A DNA stretch of 64,000 bases from Botryllus schlosseri (lineage: Eukaryota): positions 29,700,001 to 29,764,000 of the forward strand of contig CM119371.1 of the NCBI GenBank assembly GCA_051294905.1, given 5' to 3'. The position numbers were made by a program, and so were the translations under genes. Each line of letters begins with the position of its first letter. The stretch's first letter is position 1. The notes beneath the pieces were generated by a model, which had not been told where the DNA came from, searched no databases, and saw only the letters and a list, made by a program, of their open reading frames with translations. Shown in pieces: positions 14,150 to 25,759 of this stretch.

Positions 14150-15952
14150 CCCTAATGACTTCCAGATTTCATATTTTGCAGCACAACAACATCTTTTCAG
14201 TAAATCTGCAAAATTTGTTTGGACTCGAAGAAACGATTTCTTTGTTATTTAAACAAAAGTGATTGGCATTAACCTGATATAAATACTTGTAATGCAAGCC
14301 CTAGAATATTTTTGGTGCCTGGTTAGCAGGCCCAATTTCATTAAGAGTAAAAAAATACTTATGGTTGTTTATCGTGGTAGTAGTAGTGATACTGATACAT
14401 TCATTGTTTGTTTGTTTACAATAAAATTAGAAATTTACAAGCCATAATTTGATCAGTTTTAAATAAGTTGTAATGCTTTGTGTTGATCATGTTTTCCGCT
14501 AACGGACGTAACCAATGAATTTGATTCCATGCCCCTGTCACGAAAGATTAAGATATTAAATGATATTTTGTTATCACTATCCCTATGCATTCATTTTCAT
14601 GATTGAGCGAGTTGTATGATATTTGTAGTGAATTTGCTCTTAATCATTAGTGATGTTCGTAATTTCATGGACTATTCCGGAAACGTTTTCAACTGCTCAT
14701 CTGAATTTATGAAACCCTGTCACAGCAGCTATTGGAAATTTCAATGTTTGCACGTATTTAGTCACCCAGATTGAGTATTATAAGCGTCATTTATTCATGA
14801 ATCAATAAAATCTGATTTTATTTTAAGCATTGCGTTCCGGTGACTAGTCAACCAGCCACTTTGAGACTGAACACTTTTTAGGAAAACACTTTTAATTTAA
14901 ACACTTCGCAACACTTCCAGGCGTTCAATTTTTGGATCACGTTTCGTGTTCAATTTTCCGGGTTGAGCAACACTTCAAAACTTAGAGTGTAAGATTTCGC
15001 TCCGAGCGAGGAATCCTTTGAAATAAGGTAGAAGTAGCCATTTCCGAGTAAGTAAAACGTTAGTATTCTAGGTCCGTTTCTGCTTAATACTGTAACTAGC
15101 AGGGAGTTAAAGCAGGTCAATATCATGAGCACCTGAGAGTATTTGTTGCATATAGCTAAAAACCTAATTGAGCACTCTGAAGAAGTACAACTAGCACAGT
15201 TTGTGGTATTTGTATGACATCGAAATTTACGTACTTCGCGCTTACCATATGTTAATAGTTTTCCTTTTCTATCTACTTTATAATATTCAGTGTAAAAATT
15301 TAGTAGAAGTGTAAGAGTTTGGTAGAAGCAGTTTCCACAAACATTGTGGAAATGTAATTTACCCGGACGCATTACAGATGCTATTCTTCAAGCCAGTGGA
15401 ACTAGGCTTATTGGAGACGCAATAAATCAGGTGACGATCCATCTGGGTATCACCTATGGATTAGAACCGTCTGCAAGTTCAGTATTATTGATTAGGCTAA
15501 ACGCAAAATGTTTTGAAATAACAGCATCATATGCGTTGATGAGTTTGTCGGATCGCGTACTTCACCGATAACTAGGACTGGTTAAATTTTGTGCTGAGTG
15601 CTACGCTTTTGTATCAAGTGTTCGGTGTCGAGTACAGTATTTGAGCATCACGGGATATGACATCAAGAGAAACGAAATAAACCACTAGAGTTGTTCGATT
15701 AATTGCATTTCACATGACGCACAAAATTTATCCTGATTTTACTGCAGCTGTCAGTACGGTTAGGCCTATGAATCCGCTTGTGATTCCAAAGTCAATAAAC
15801 AAGCAAATTTTTTCAATGTCATTCAGAGCTTTTAACATAATTTCGAACCCTGTGAAGTTGTTGTATAAATTACTCCATATTGTTTGAAACTTAGCAATAT
15901 CTGCTTTTACGTATTGGTGAATGCAATGTCTAATGCTGGTAAGAAGTAAGCC

Positions 15953-18178
15953 TGTGACAGCCGTGCTCTATACCAGTGGTTCTCAACCTTTTTCACCTCG
16001 CGGACCGGTAAAATTTCAAAAAATGTCCGGCGGACCGGTGGACTTTCAAAAATTGAAAGGAAGCCAAAATGTAAAGTATGCAATCGTATTTTGCAATTAT
16101 ATGGTGCCATAGAGTGACATTTAGATGGTTTTGATCGCAATTAATTGTCTTTATGATGGCATCCATGTGTTTTTATGGTAGTGAGTCTGCTGAGTCGAGG
16201 TAAAATTGCCTTGTCCAGATAGACGTGCTACCGCCGAAAATCGTTTACGCAGTCTTTCGTGCCGGAGGCCGTGGGTTTAACCGGCCCCGCCAACTCGAAT
16301 AATATCCTTCTCTTTGACAATATCGAGAGAAGAAGCTTATGGGAGTCGAACCAAGCACCTTTTCGTGCCACCTTGCTCATTGCCCACTACCACCAGCCGC
16401 ATGATACTGTGGCAACTACGAACACAATGCGCCACACGAGAAGATCTTACAGCAGCTATACCAGTCATCCGCAAATCCGGGCCGAAAAGCACCTCGTCAG
16501 CCGACCCCAACAAACGTTGGTCTTGGGCCCCCACATAGCGATAAGTCAAACTTCCGGTTTATTCGCCCCCAGACCCCACAGTTGGGTTGTTTTCTCGTGT
16601 ACTTGTGAGCATATTCCTTCTACTCAGTTAGGCGGACAGTTTATGTTGCTTGATCGGCCCAAGAGCAAAACTTTTCGATCATTCATGACTGAATCCGGTT
16701 TTCTCGCTGCCGAATTTTTGGCACACCTTTCCGAGTCCCATGTTAGCCTAAACTTCATCATGTGTTGGTACGTCGTGCCGTGGTAGTGGCTGAGGCGGAT
16801 ATGCCTATTTCTATAAATCATGCATATTTATTGGAGAAGGGCAGCTAATAGGCAAGACATTTTGTGACAGTAAATCGGGAAAAGCGCGAAAATAAATTGA
16901 AAAATGTTGGTAAAAGTTTCAAAAAAATACGTTATGATACATGTTCATTTGCAAAATAATTGTAGCTCGGCCCCTCTCCAATTGGGCGGTTTGGGGTGCC
17001 CCAGTTACGGTTCTGCACAAACCGAAAGGATTGAAAACGAATGATCGCGCAAACTGTGCTGTTTAGCGACGAGTCAGCTCGTATCAGTTCTGTACTTGTC
17101 GGCTCGCATGTCGTCAAATGACACGTCTGGAACTTCAAGTCAAATCGAACATGTCTCCAGCCCTAATGTTACCTCATGAAGTTGTGAATCAGTTTAAAAT
17201 TTGATGTTTAATATAGTTTATCAATGGACAAGCCTTCAACATTGCATCTTGAAATTAAGGTATAAAAATTGTAATATACCTGGCGGACCGGCAGGAATGT
17301 CGTCGCGGACCGGCACCGGTCCGCGGACCGGCGGTTGAGAACCACTGCTCTATACTGCCCCTTACGTCAGTTGTAGTATTGTCGCATCGTGCTTTCACTT
17401 CCTCTTTTGCTTCTGGCCGCTTCGGCGGACGGACGTATTTATAATAAAGTCTCTGCAGCAGTTATTGAATCGTGTGTGATCAACTACAGACGGAGGTCTG
17501 TTACAATGGCGAGCACGCTAAAAACGTTACTTCATTAATTTGGCTGCAATTCTGAAGATTCCTGGACAGTACCGGTATGCTGAAAGATGGGCGGAAATTC
17601 AATTACGGCATTGGCTATCTGAACCGATTGAAGAAGCAGTTTTGCATCGATGTGAGAAGTTTGAAGACTTGACTGATGGCTTCACTTCGTAATGACTGTT
17701 TCACTGGCGGAACTGGTGTGAGCGCGCGTGGAGGGGATGGAGCTTGTGACTCTCCCGGTCCTATGTTATGAAGAGGGGATAGAGCATGTGACCCTCCCGT
17801 TGATGTGGCGCGGCGTTAGGGTTTTAGTTTAGGGAATTGTTCATTGTTGTTAGTTTAGGGTTAGTGTTCTGCTAATGTGATGCGGTCATGCGGATGTTTG
17901 CGATTTTGTTGGTGATTTTGAACTTGTCGGTTTTGATGTTGCTGTTTTTTTTATTGTAGTTTGTGAGAGTGCTTTTATAGGAACTTCTAAAGTTTGGTGG
18001 GGAATAGTGTGACAGCCGTGCTCTATACTGCCCCTTACGTCAGTTGTAGTATTGTTGCATCGTGCTTTCACTTCCTCTTTTGCTTCTGGCCGCTTCGGCG
18101 GACGGATGTATTTATAATAAAGTCTCTGCAGCAGTTATTGAATCGTGTGTGATCAACTACAGACGGAGGTCTGTTACA
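15953..18178 (+). mobile_element. Miniature non-autonomous LTR retrotransposon (TRIM-like), 171-bp LTRs
   Basis: 5' LTR = 15953-15973 + 17356-17505; 3' LTR = 18008-18178; TGTGACAG...CTGTTACA termini; 4-bp TSD AGCC; PBS TGGCGAGC at 17507; purine-rich tract GGTGGGGAATAG before the 3' LTR; AATAAA in LTR; ~500-bp interior with no intact gag/pol. Confidence 0.93.
15974..17347. mobile_element. hAT-type MITE inserted in the 5' LTR
   Basis: Perfect 15-bp TIR CAGTGGTTCTCAACC; perfect TSD CTCTATAC; CGGACCGG subterminal repeats; the empty site is visible in the 3' LTR. Confidence 0.95.
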
Positions 18179-19140
18179 AGCCTACTGTTCAGTCAGTGTT
18201 AGTTCTCTTCTTAATTGTAATTGTAATCAATATTCATGTGTAATGAGGAGAGAAGGAAGACTTTGATTACGCAAAAATTCAAAATACTATAATTCGAGGC
18301 GTAGCAGCTAGCTTTTTCAAATCTGATTGAATATAGCATTAGAATTGAATACACCATGCTCCACATCTATATCTTCATTGTTCAATTCCCGGTATCGAAA
18401 GTTTTCAAATCCTGCTTCAACTGGGTGTCTTTTTTAATTGGAATGATCATGAATTTTATTGCCTTATCATGAATTGATGATGTCACATCAATGTCCACAT
18501 ATCTTGAAGGCGAGAAGAGAACAGTCCATGAACCAATACTTCTGGATCCTGATGAAATTGAAAAAAGTTTCTGGAGTATGTCATCGAGCTATGACTGAAG
18601 AGGATGTGAAGAATATCGTGAATACTCTTATGGAAAAATCTCGCGTGTACGGGTTGGAATTCCGTCAATGCCATCTCAATAAAACCCTCGCGAAGATGCT
18701 GTTGAACGAAATTCGTGGATTGAAATCTCAGGTAAACACCATTGATTCGTAGTTTAGGTCACATGTCAGCAAATAAGTAATGTCACAACACGTCCTGTCA
18801 CATTAACTGCTCGTAATAAGGTACGTTCAATAGAAGCATGTCATCTCTATAGTAACGAGTTTCGGCTTTCAATCACCTTCCACAGTCACTGCATTGTGTC
18901 ATAGTAAAACTATAATTGCCCACGAACCATAACACTGCACCAAAGCAATGCACAATCGGCCAGTGAAGACATTTTGTCGCAGCAGCCGTACCAGACTAGT
19001 TGGGCTGAAGCAGTGTCTTACTCATACCCAACATACTTTTACAGTTTTATGGGATAAGTTTTGCACTATTATGTGGAGAAAAAAAATTGTTGATTCAATT
19101 CCAAAGTATTTGTTCCTCAATCACATGCAAGAATTTAGAG

Positions 19141-20221
19141 CAGTGGTTCTCAACCGGTGTGCCATTTACGCCTCGCAAGTGTGCCACGAGAGACTTCTTC
19201 GGAATTTTGAAATTTTGCGCAAAATAATTCTAGTCTATAGGAAACAGTCAATAATAATATAAATCAGTGGTTCTTAACCTGGGGGCGCCCCCCCCCCCTG
19301 GGGGGGCGTGAAAAAGCGGTCAACTGAAAAAAAATCGCGCTTTGCGCGATTTACCTTCAATGCACGCGTGTTTTTCTATATATAAACCGAATTTCATATT
19401 TTTGAATTCTCTCATCAACAGCCATAACCTTCCATGTCATGAAAAATCTGTTGGGGTTGCTGGCATCCCATTGGATTTTGTGTTATGACGATAAGGGGGG
19501 CACGAAATTTTTCACTATCATAAAGAGGGGCGTGTCTAAAAAAAGGTTGACAATCCCTGATCTAAATCGAGATTGGTGTGAAGTTTGCACATTTGACAAA
19601 TTCGAATTCGCTTTACCGGCAGATCGCGTGCCTTGAAGGCTGAATTCAGTTTTGCATTATACGTTGATTAATCGCGCTCAGAGAAGAGCAGACATGGCGG
19701 CGACTGTATGACAATGCAGTTTTCTAATCCTCATTTTTTGCCCCAACCACCACCGAGAAATCAACTCCTTTGGAATTGACGTTCGAGTTTACAAATTCGA
19801 ATTTCAAACATGGCAATCCATATTGTGATTATTAGTTATCGTGCCGACACTTTCGTTAAAATGTAGGTTTGTAGCAAAACGTTGTGTTACTATCGGCGAA
19901 TATGAGAATTGAGGAGTAAGGTTGATCGAATTATATCAGTTAACAAGCCTCTTCACCGCTGAAATCATATTCTTGGTTTGTTGGAAGTATAATTGAACTG
20001 CGGGTTGCAGTCATTAGAACTACTGAGGTCTGGCTATCCTCACTCGTGCTATACGATCGGCGTCAATATGCATTGTATAATAGCCTACACCTCTACGCCT
20101 CCGTATTCGTTAACGGCGATCGTACTTGACCTCCCCGACCCAATGCGACGGTGATGGTGTGCCTCGAACTATTTTTCATTTCCGAAGGGTGCCGCGAGGT
20201 CAAAAAGGTTGAGAACCACTT
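19141..20221. mobile_element. hAT-type MITE in LRR-gene intron
   Basis: TIR CAGTGGTTCTCAACC / GGTTGAGAACCACTT; TSD ATTTAGAG (19133-19140, 20222-20229). Confidence 0.9.
19265..19559. mobile_element. Nested short hAT-type MITE
   Basis: Termini CAGTGGTTCTTAACC / GGTTGACAATCCCTG; TSD ATATAAAT / ATCTAAAT. Confidence 0.8.
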
Positions 20222-22812
20222 ATTTAGAGTAATGATTTTGAGTTTGCGGCAAAATGTACTTGGCTTCTTGCTTATATTATATTATTTTGGTGAATTTGTT
20301 AGACTAGTTGGGCTGAAGCAGTGTCTTACTCATACCCAACATACTTTTACAGTTTTATGGGATAAGTTTTGCACTATTATATGAAGAAAAGAAATTGTTG
20401 ATTCAATTCCATAGTATTTGTTGCATAATCACATGCAACAATTTAGAGTATTGATTTTGAGTTTGCGGCAAAATGTAATTGACTTCTTGCTTATAATATA
20501 TTATTTTGGTGAATGTATTGTATAGCCTCCCACTCACTGCCCGTATCACATGCAGGTAGCATTCTTGAAATGAATATTTGATTTGGTAAAACAGACAACT
20601 TAATTAATTCTCAAAAGCGATAAGTCACCATTCAGTCTCTAACTGTGCCTTCTGATTCAATAAGGGGGAATAATCATAAAATTGGATTGATTAAAAGGTG
20701 GATTATTGCGTTTATCTGGATTTAAAAAACCCAGGATTAAGGAAACCGGTTGATCACAGTGCATAAAGTTAAGTTTTTAATCTCACGATTTAGCAAATCG
20801 TAACAAATTGTACACTGAGTAAAATTCCTACCCGAAATATTTCCGATAAAGACTGTTACGATTGTCTCCTAGATAATGACTTCTCTCAACAATCAGACAA
20901 TCAACCAATTATGCATACACGATTGCAGAGAGGCCTGTCTATTAATATGATCTCCGCACTAAGTGTAATCTTTCGCAGGTCGAAGTAAAAAAACTCAGCG
21001 TCACAGCCCATGATGATATCGAAACACTCCAGTCATCTCCGCGTTGATGAAGGAGTGTGGTTCGAATGAGTCAATCTGGAAGAAAGTACTGGATCTGACG
21101 ATATTCTGCTCATTTTGAGTCAACTTATCAAGCAGCATAAGGTATTGGCAGTGGAAAAAGCCATGCACTCTTCTGGAAGAATTCTTTAGCTTGAGATTTC
21201 TTAATGCTTTATTTCTGTATGTGAATTTGAAAAAATTCGACCTCAGCTATACAGAAAACATTAACTTTGGACAACTCGGCACTATTATTTCAAATGGGCT
21301 AGCGGATTTGTCACTTGGGAACTGTCACTTGCAGCCAAAAGATTTCGCTGTCATGCAGGTCGAGAACAGTAAGGTGAGCGTCTCGTCAAATGCGATGTAT
21401 ATCTCTGGATAGTTGTTGATTGTGACAGTCGCAAATGTGTACATGTGTCGAGTCCGTTCAAGATAAATAGTGGTGATTCCATTTTAATCTTAGGACGACA
21501 TTGTCTTGTCTATTATGGCGTGACTGGATACTCAACATTTTAATAAGTTTGTAATGTTTGTCTTTATTTCTGATGAATGCTGATCGTAAATTGGCAGTTT
21601 ACATTATTTGTCTAGCTCCAATATCTCGACAACAGCTACAATGAAATAGATGAAGAGTGCATTGAAGCGCTGCCTGGTTTACTGTGCAAGGACAAACCAG
21701 GTACTCTCGTCATGAAAGGATGTGACCTTACAGCCAATGAAATTTCTGCTTTTGAAAGTATAGGCAATAGGGAGGTAACCACTCGTTCGTACAGTTTTTT
21801 GTGTGTCTGTTTGAAATCGTTTTCTGGTTTTGTAGGTTGAAAATATCGATCTCAGTTACAATGCTGATTTGGAACCGGAAGGTTTGGAAGAAATTGGGCG
21901 CTTTATGAGGAAGCTTAACACAAAAAAGTTAGACTTTCTGCTTGCGAGTTGGATGGAGATTCATTGACCTCGTTGAAAAATGGTCTCGAAAATCATGAGG
22001 TGATCTAATTGAACTAGATGTGTGATTTCGATCTGACAACTGACATAGTCAGACATAAATTACTTTTACCAATAGAATTTATCGTCAATAACATTTTCAT
22101 CATTACGTCTGTTAATATCAAGTATCGCGAGCAAGATTTTATCAATACTCAATTCATTTCGATGGTAGTTTGCACCAGTAGGTTAACTGTCATATATGCT
22201 TTCGATATTTTTTCGTTACACCAGTTTTTACCATCAGGTGTAGCAGTTGATATCGTTATTCTGTTTTTGTCAAATATGATTATGCATAATCGATGACAGC
22301 TGACTAGTCGTTTGCAGTCTAGCACAAATATCAGAACATCGGCTTATGATTTAGCTGCATTTGCTGGATTTGAGTAGAAATCCCGGCATTTCCTCCTGCC
22401 ACAAAACGGTCACTGAAATCCTGCGCGATTCCCATGTGAAAGAATTCAATCCAAGCAATTGCGAGATGCTTTCTATGCAAATCAGAAATCTGAGCAAAGA
22501 GTTGGGAAAGCAAATCACTACAGTAAGACATTTATGCCTCGTGGATACGATATACTTTGAATTCTTTATTTTCAAGTTATTCCAAATCGCTGAATATTCA
22601 ATTATTCAATGCACAGATTAAAATCATTGACCTCAGTGACAGTGAGAGAAGGAGAATCGGTCAGGAATACGGGGATTCCATCCTAAGCTTTCTGCCATAT
22701 CCCGAATGTCAACAACTTAAATTTTTCTTACCGCACTTTCGAGACAAGAAAACGTTAAGGAATCTGCTGCTCTTTTCCTGTAAGTCGATATTTTCCAAAG
22801 ATATATATATAT

Positions 22813-24475
22813 TAGGGTTGTCCAAAATTTGGAAAATCTCAAAAAGTCTCCGTGATTGTGTCTCATTCTATAGATTATTGATAAAAAACAACAATTAGCC
22901 TGAAAGAAGCTTACAGGAAAGCCGTTAAGATTTCGACCAAAGCGTTTGAAAGTAGCTGCTCAGGAATGGGCGTGCCACTGACCATAGAACGGCGAGAAGA
23001 CTAGTAATCAAATAACCACGGCTCTTGATTGGCTAATCGGCTATGCTTCAATGACCACGGCAGCAGCAGCTTGCTGATGAGGTGTTCAAGAAGTCTGCTA
23101 CCGGCGGGGATTCTGAGTGCGCATTGTTAGTAGTTTGGCAGGTGATGATTTAAGATTAATTCAGGACATGTTGAGGTACGAAAAACATGATGAACAAACA
23201 ACACCTGCTTCACAGAAGCTTTTACTGCATGACTGCTTCATTGTGAAGGAAACGGCTGAAGCCTACATGTCGTGTTTTCATCGAGAGAAAGCAAAGGCGC
23301 TTATGCAAGTGTTAGCGAATTCACCGTTTCAGTACGGATCCACCATCAGTGAATACAAATATATAACGCTTAACAATGACACTATACGTTGTGTGATCTT
23401 ATTGGGCTGAAGCTGTAGTATATAGGTGACGTTTTGAATGCTCTAGGGATCGGCGGAATCAGCCGGTTATGCTTGGCCCTTATCAGATGCTTACAACAAA
23501 TTGAATGCACTTGTAGGCGTTGTTAAAGTCCTCAATGATAACGCAGAAAAGGGGTGGTAATGTACGCACACTCGGACAGGCTGTGCTGGATATGGTATGT
23601 CAAAGTCCTTATTGATCCCGCAGAAAAGAGGTGTAAAGCAAAGCACAGACTATGCTGCATATAGTATTCAGCATAGTTTGGATATCATATCCAGCATAGC
23701 CTGTGCTTACCTTAAACCTCTTTTCTGCAGTATCATTAAGGACTTAGACAACTCTTATAAGTGAATTCAAGCAAATTGAATTCACTTATAAGAGTTGTCG
23801 AAGTATAACTGCCAAGCATAACCGGCCGATTCAGTCGATCCCTAGAACCTTCAATACTTCACTATATACTACAACTTGGATCCAATAAGAGCACACAAAG
23901 TATAGTGTCATTGTTAAGCTTTATATATTTGTATTCACTGATGGTGGATCCGTACAGAAACGGTGAATTCGCTCAACACTTGCATAAGCGCCTTTGCTTT
24001 CTCTCGATGAAAACACGACATGTAGGCTTCAGCCGTTTCTTTCACAATGAAGCAGTCATGCTGTAAAAGCTTCTGTGAAGCAGGTGTTGTTTGTTCATCA
24101 TGTATTTCGTACCTCAACATGTCCTGAATTAATCTTGATTCATCACCTGCCAAACTACTAACAATGCGCACTCAGAATCCCCGCCGGTAGCAGACTTCTT
24201 GAACACCTCATCAGCAAGCTGCTGCTGCCGTGGTCATTGAAGCATAGCCGATTAGCCAATCAAGAGCCGTGGTTATTTGATTACTAGTCTTCTCGCCGTT
24301 CTATGGTCAGTGGCACGCCCATTCTTGAGCAGCTACTTTCAAACGCTTTGGTCGAAATCTTAACGGCTTTCCTGTAAGCTTCTTTCAGGCTAATTGTTGT
24401 TTTTTATCAATAATCTATAGAATGAGACACAATCACGGAGACTTTTTGAGATTTTCCAAATTTTGGACAACCCTA
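22813..24475. mobile_element. Foldback (long inverted-arm) DNA transposon derivative with transposase remnants, possibly hATm-like
   Basis: TAGGGTTGTCC...GGACAACCCTA termini; ~670-bp inverted arms; flanked by ATATATAT on both sides; remnants DDLRLIQDMLRYEKHD and WPLSDAYNKLNALVGVVKVLNDNAEKG (23474-23554). Confidence 0.88.
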
Positions 24476-25759
24476 ATATATATCAATGTCACGTCACACT
24501 TTTCGTAACATTATTGCCACGGTACTACCATCATTATTCAATTCCTTATTCACCAATTTCTTTCAACTGAGTTTTGGCACTCATATTTATTTCGATACTC
24601 TTGTGAATAATGAATAAGTCGTTCATACTTTTTGAACTTGTAGTGGCAATACCACGAAGTGTGCTGATCTATGGCTTGTATGCAAATTTCCCGTCCTATG
24701 AATTTGATGATTAACTTGATAACGATAGTGCTTTATTAATACTGCAATTCTAAGACAATCATTTTCTGTTATCAGGAACATAAAGAAATCACCGCTAACC
24801 TTTTTGTTTGAGATCTACAATTTTTTCAATTATTTGTGGTACAGAACTTCTAGACTGCTTTCGTGACCACGCCCATTGTATATATTTCAAAAAACAACAT
24901 GTTAATATTGACAAATTTATTCCGCTCTGAGCTTTTTGACTGACTCTCATCAGGAGCAAACATCGGAAAATGCAGCGATACAAAGAAATTTTATTGATAA
25001 GTTAACAATCTCGTGAGTGGGTATATAACAACATATCGCTAACCGTGTAACGTCACAGTGGAATCAGTGTAGCTTATGTACAATTGTCAATTTTTAACAT
25101 CTTGAAAAAAATCAAGTTTTGTTATATTTTTAATACTCATGCAAAGACCTGACTTTCCCAAGATGATAAAAACGGACATCAGCTACTCTGATTCCATTGT
25201 GACGATAACAGAGAGATATTTGGCTATCAAGTTGACTGATCAAAAAGAACGCCTCAAATATTTGACTAGTGTCGTTCTGTTATTTTTATTGTGAAATTCG
25301 TGTCTTATTATACTGCGTGTTATGTGTCGTTTACTAGTCATTTAAATTGGCGCTATGCCACATAGCATTTCTATGTTTGGAATTCGGTTAACGCAGTTAT
25401 CGACGTTTGCTCCTGACGAGAGTCTATAAAAGCTGTAAGTAGAATTTCAAAATTACAAAGAACGTCATCAGAAAATCGTGACTCCTTACGAAGAATTGCT
25501 AATGGAATATTTCAGCGATATCGCACTGTCCTAAACGTAAGCGGCTCCGTTATAGTAGTATTGAACCTGCCTATATTGCAGCATATTAGAGATAGCTTGT
25601 GCAATAGCCCCTAAATGCAACAAAATGCGGGCCGGGATGTAATTGAAAATCATAGTTTTCCGTCAAGCTTTATACCAACGACTGAAACGAAGTTAAAATC
25701 CTAGGATACCCTCGTGTCTCCTGAACTGCATAAATGGACTACCAATGGAACTAATTACC

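Larger units (their letters stand above)
5226..15708 (-). pseudogene. Possible decayed lineage-specific secreted/receptor-ectodomain gene with internal duplications, interrupted by MITEs
   Basis: Co-oriented minus-strand ORF pieces (14950-15372, 13204-13737, 11126-11317, 5582-5857, 5226-5504) rich in Cys and N-x-S/T. The frame rejoins across the 6145-7321 insertion (FTVFPYL|TVHGCYDP). Many stops; no domain recognised. Confidence 0.35.
18993..20515 (+). repeat. Intronic tandem duplication (~215 bp), first copy split by a MITE
   Basis: AGACTAGTTGGGCTGAAGCAG... at 18993 and 20301; the second copy shows the empty ATTTAGAG site. Confidence 0.85.
18470..22779 (+). pseudogene. Multi-exon ribonuclease-inhibitor-type LRR gene (NLR-like C-terminal region), frameshifted
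   Basis: Exons: ~18470-18731, 20979-21141, 21221-21373, 21616-21774, 21836-21999, 22355-22522, 22617-22779, mostly GT-AG bounded and phase 0. Each later exon starts with an LxxLDLSxN-like motif (VNLKKFDLSY, LQYLDNSYN, VENIDLSYN, LHLLDLSRN, IKIIDLSD), usually followed by an LxLxxCxL-like motif. Frameshifts in the 18470, 20979 and 21836 exons; the acceptor at 21219-21220 reads AT. Confidence 0.82.

Noticed and set aside
16259..16786. 175-aa ORF
   Set aside because: Lies within a MITE in GC-richer sequence with overlapping ORFs on both strands and partly covers family-A cargo.
17815..17865. Interstitial telomere
   Set aside because: Only scattered TTAGGG-like motifs inside the TRIM interior, not a tandem array.
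22813..24475. Palindrome as a sequencing or assembly chimera
   Set aside because: Arms differ, there is a distinct spacer, the ends are defined with flanking ATATATAT, and unique sequence resumes on both sides.
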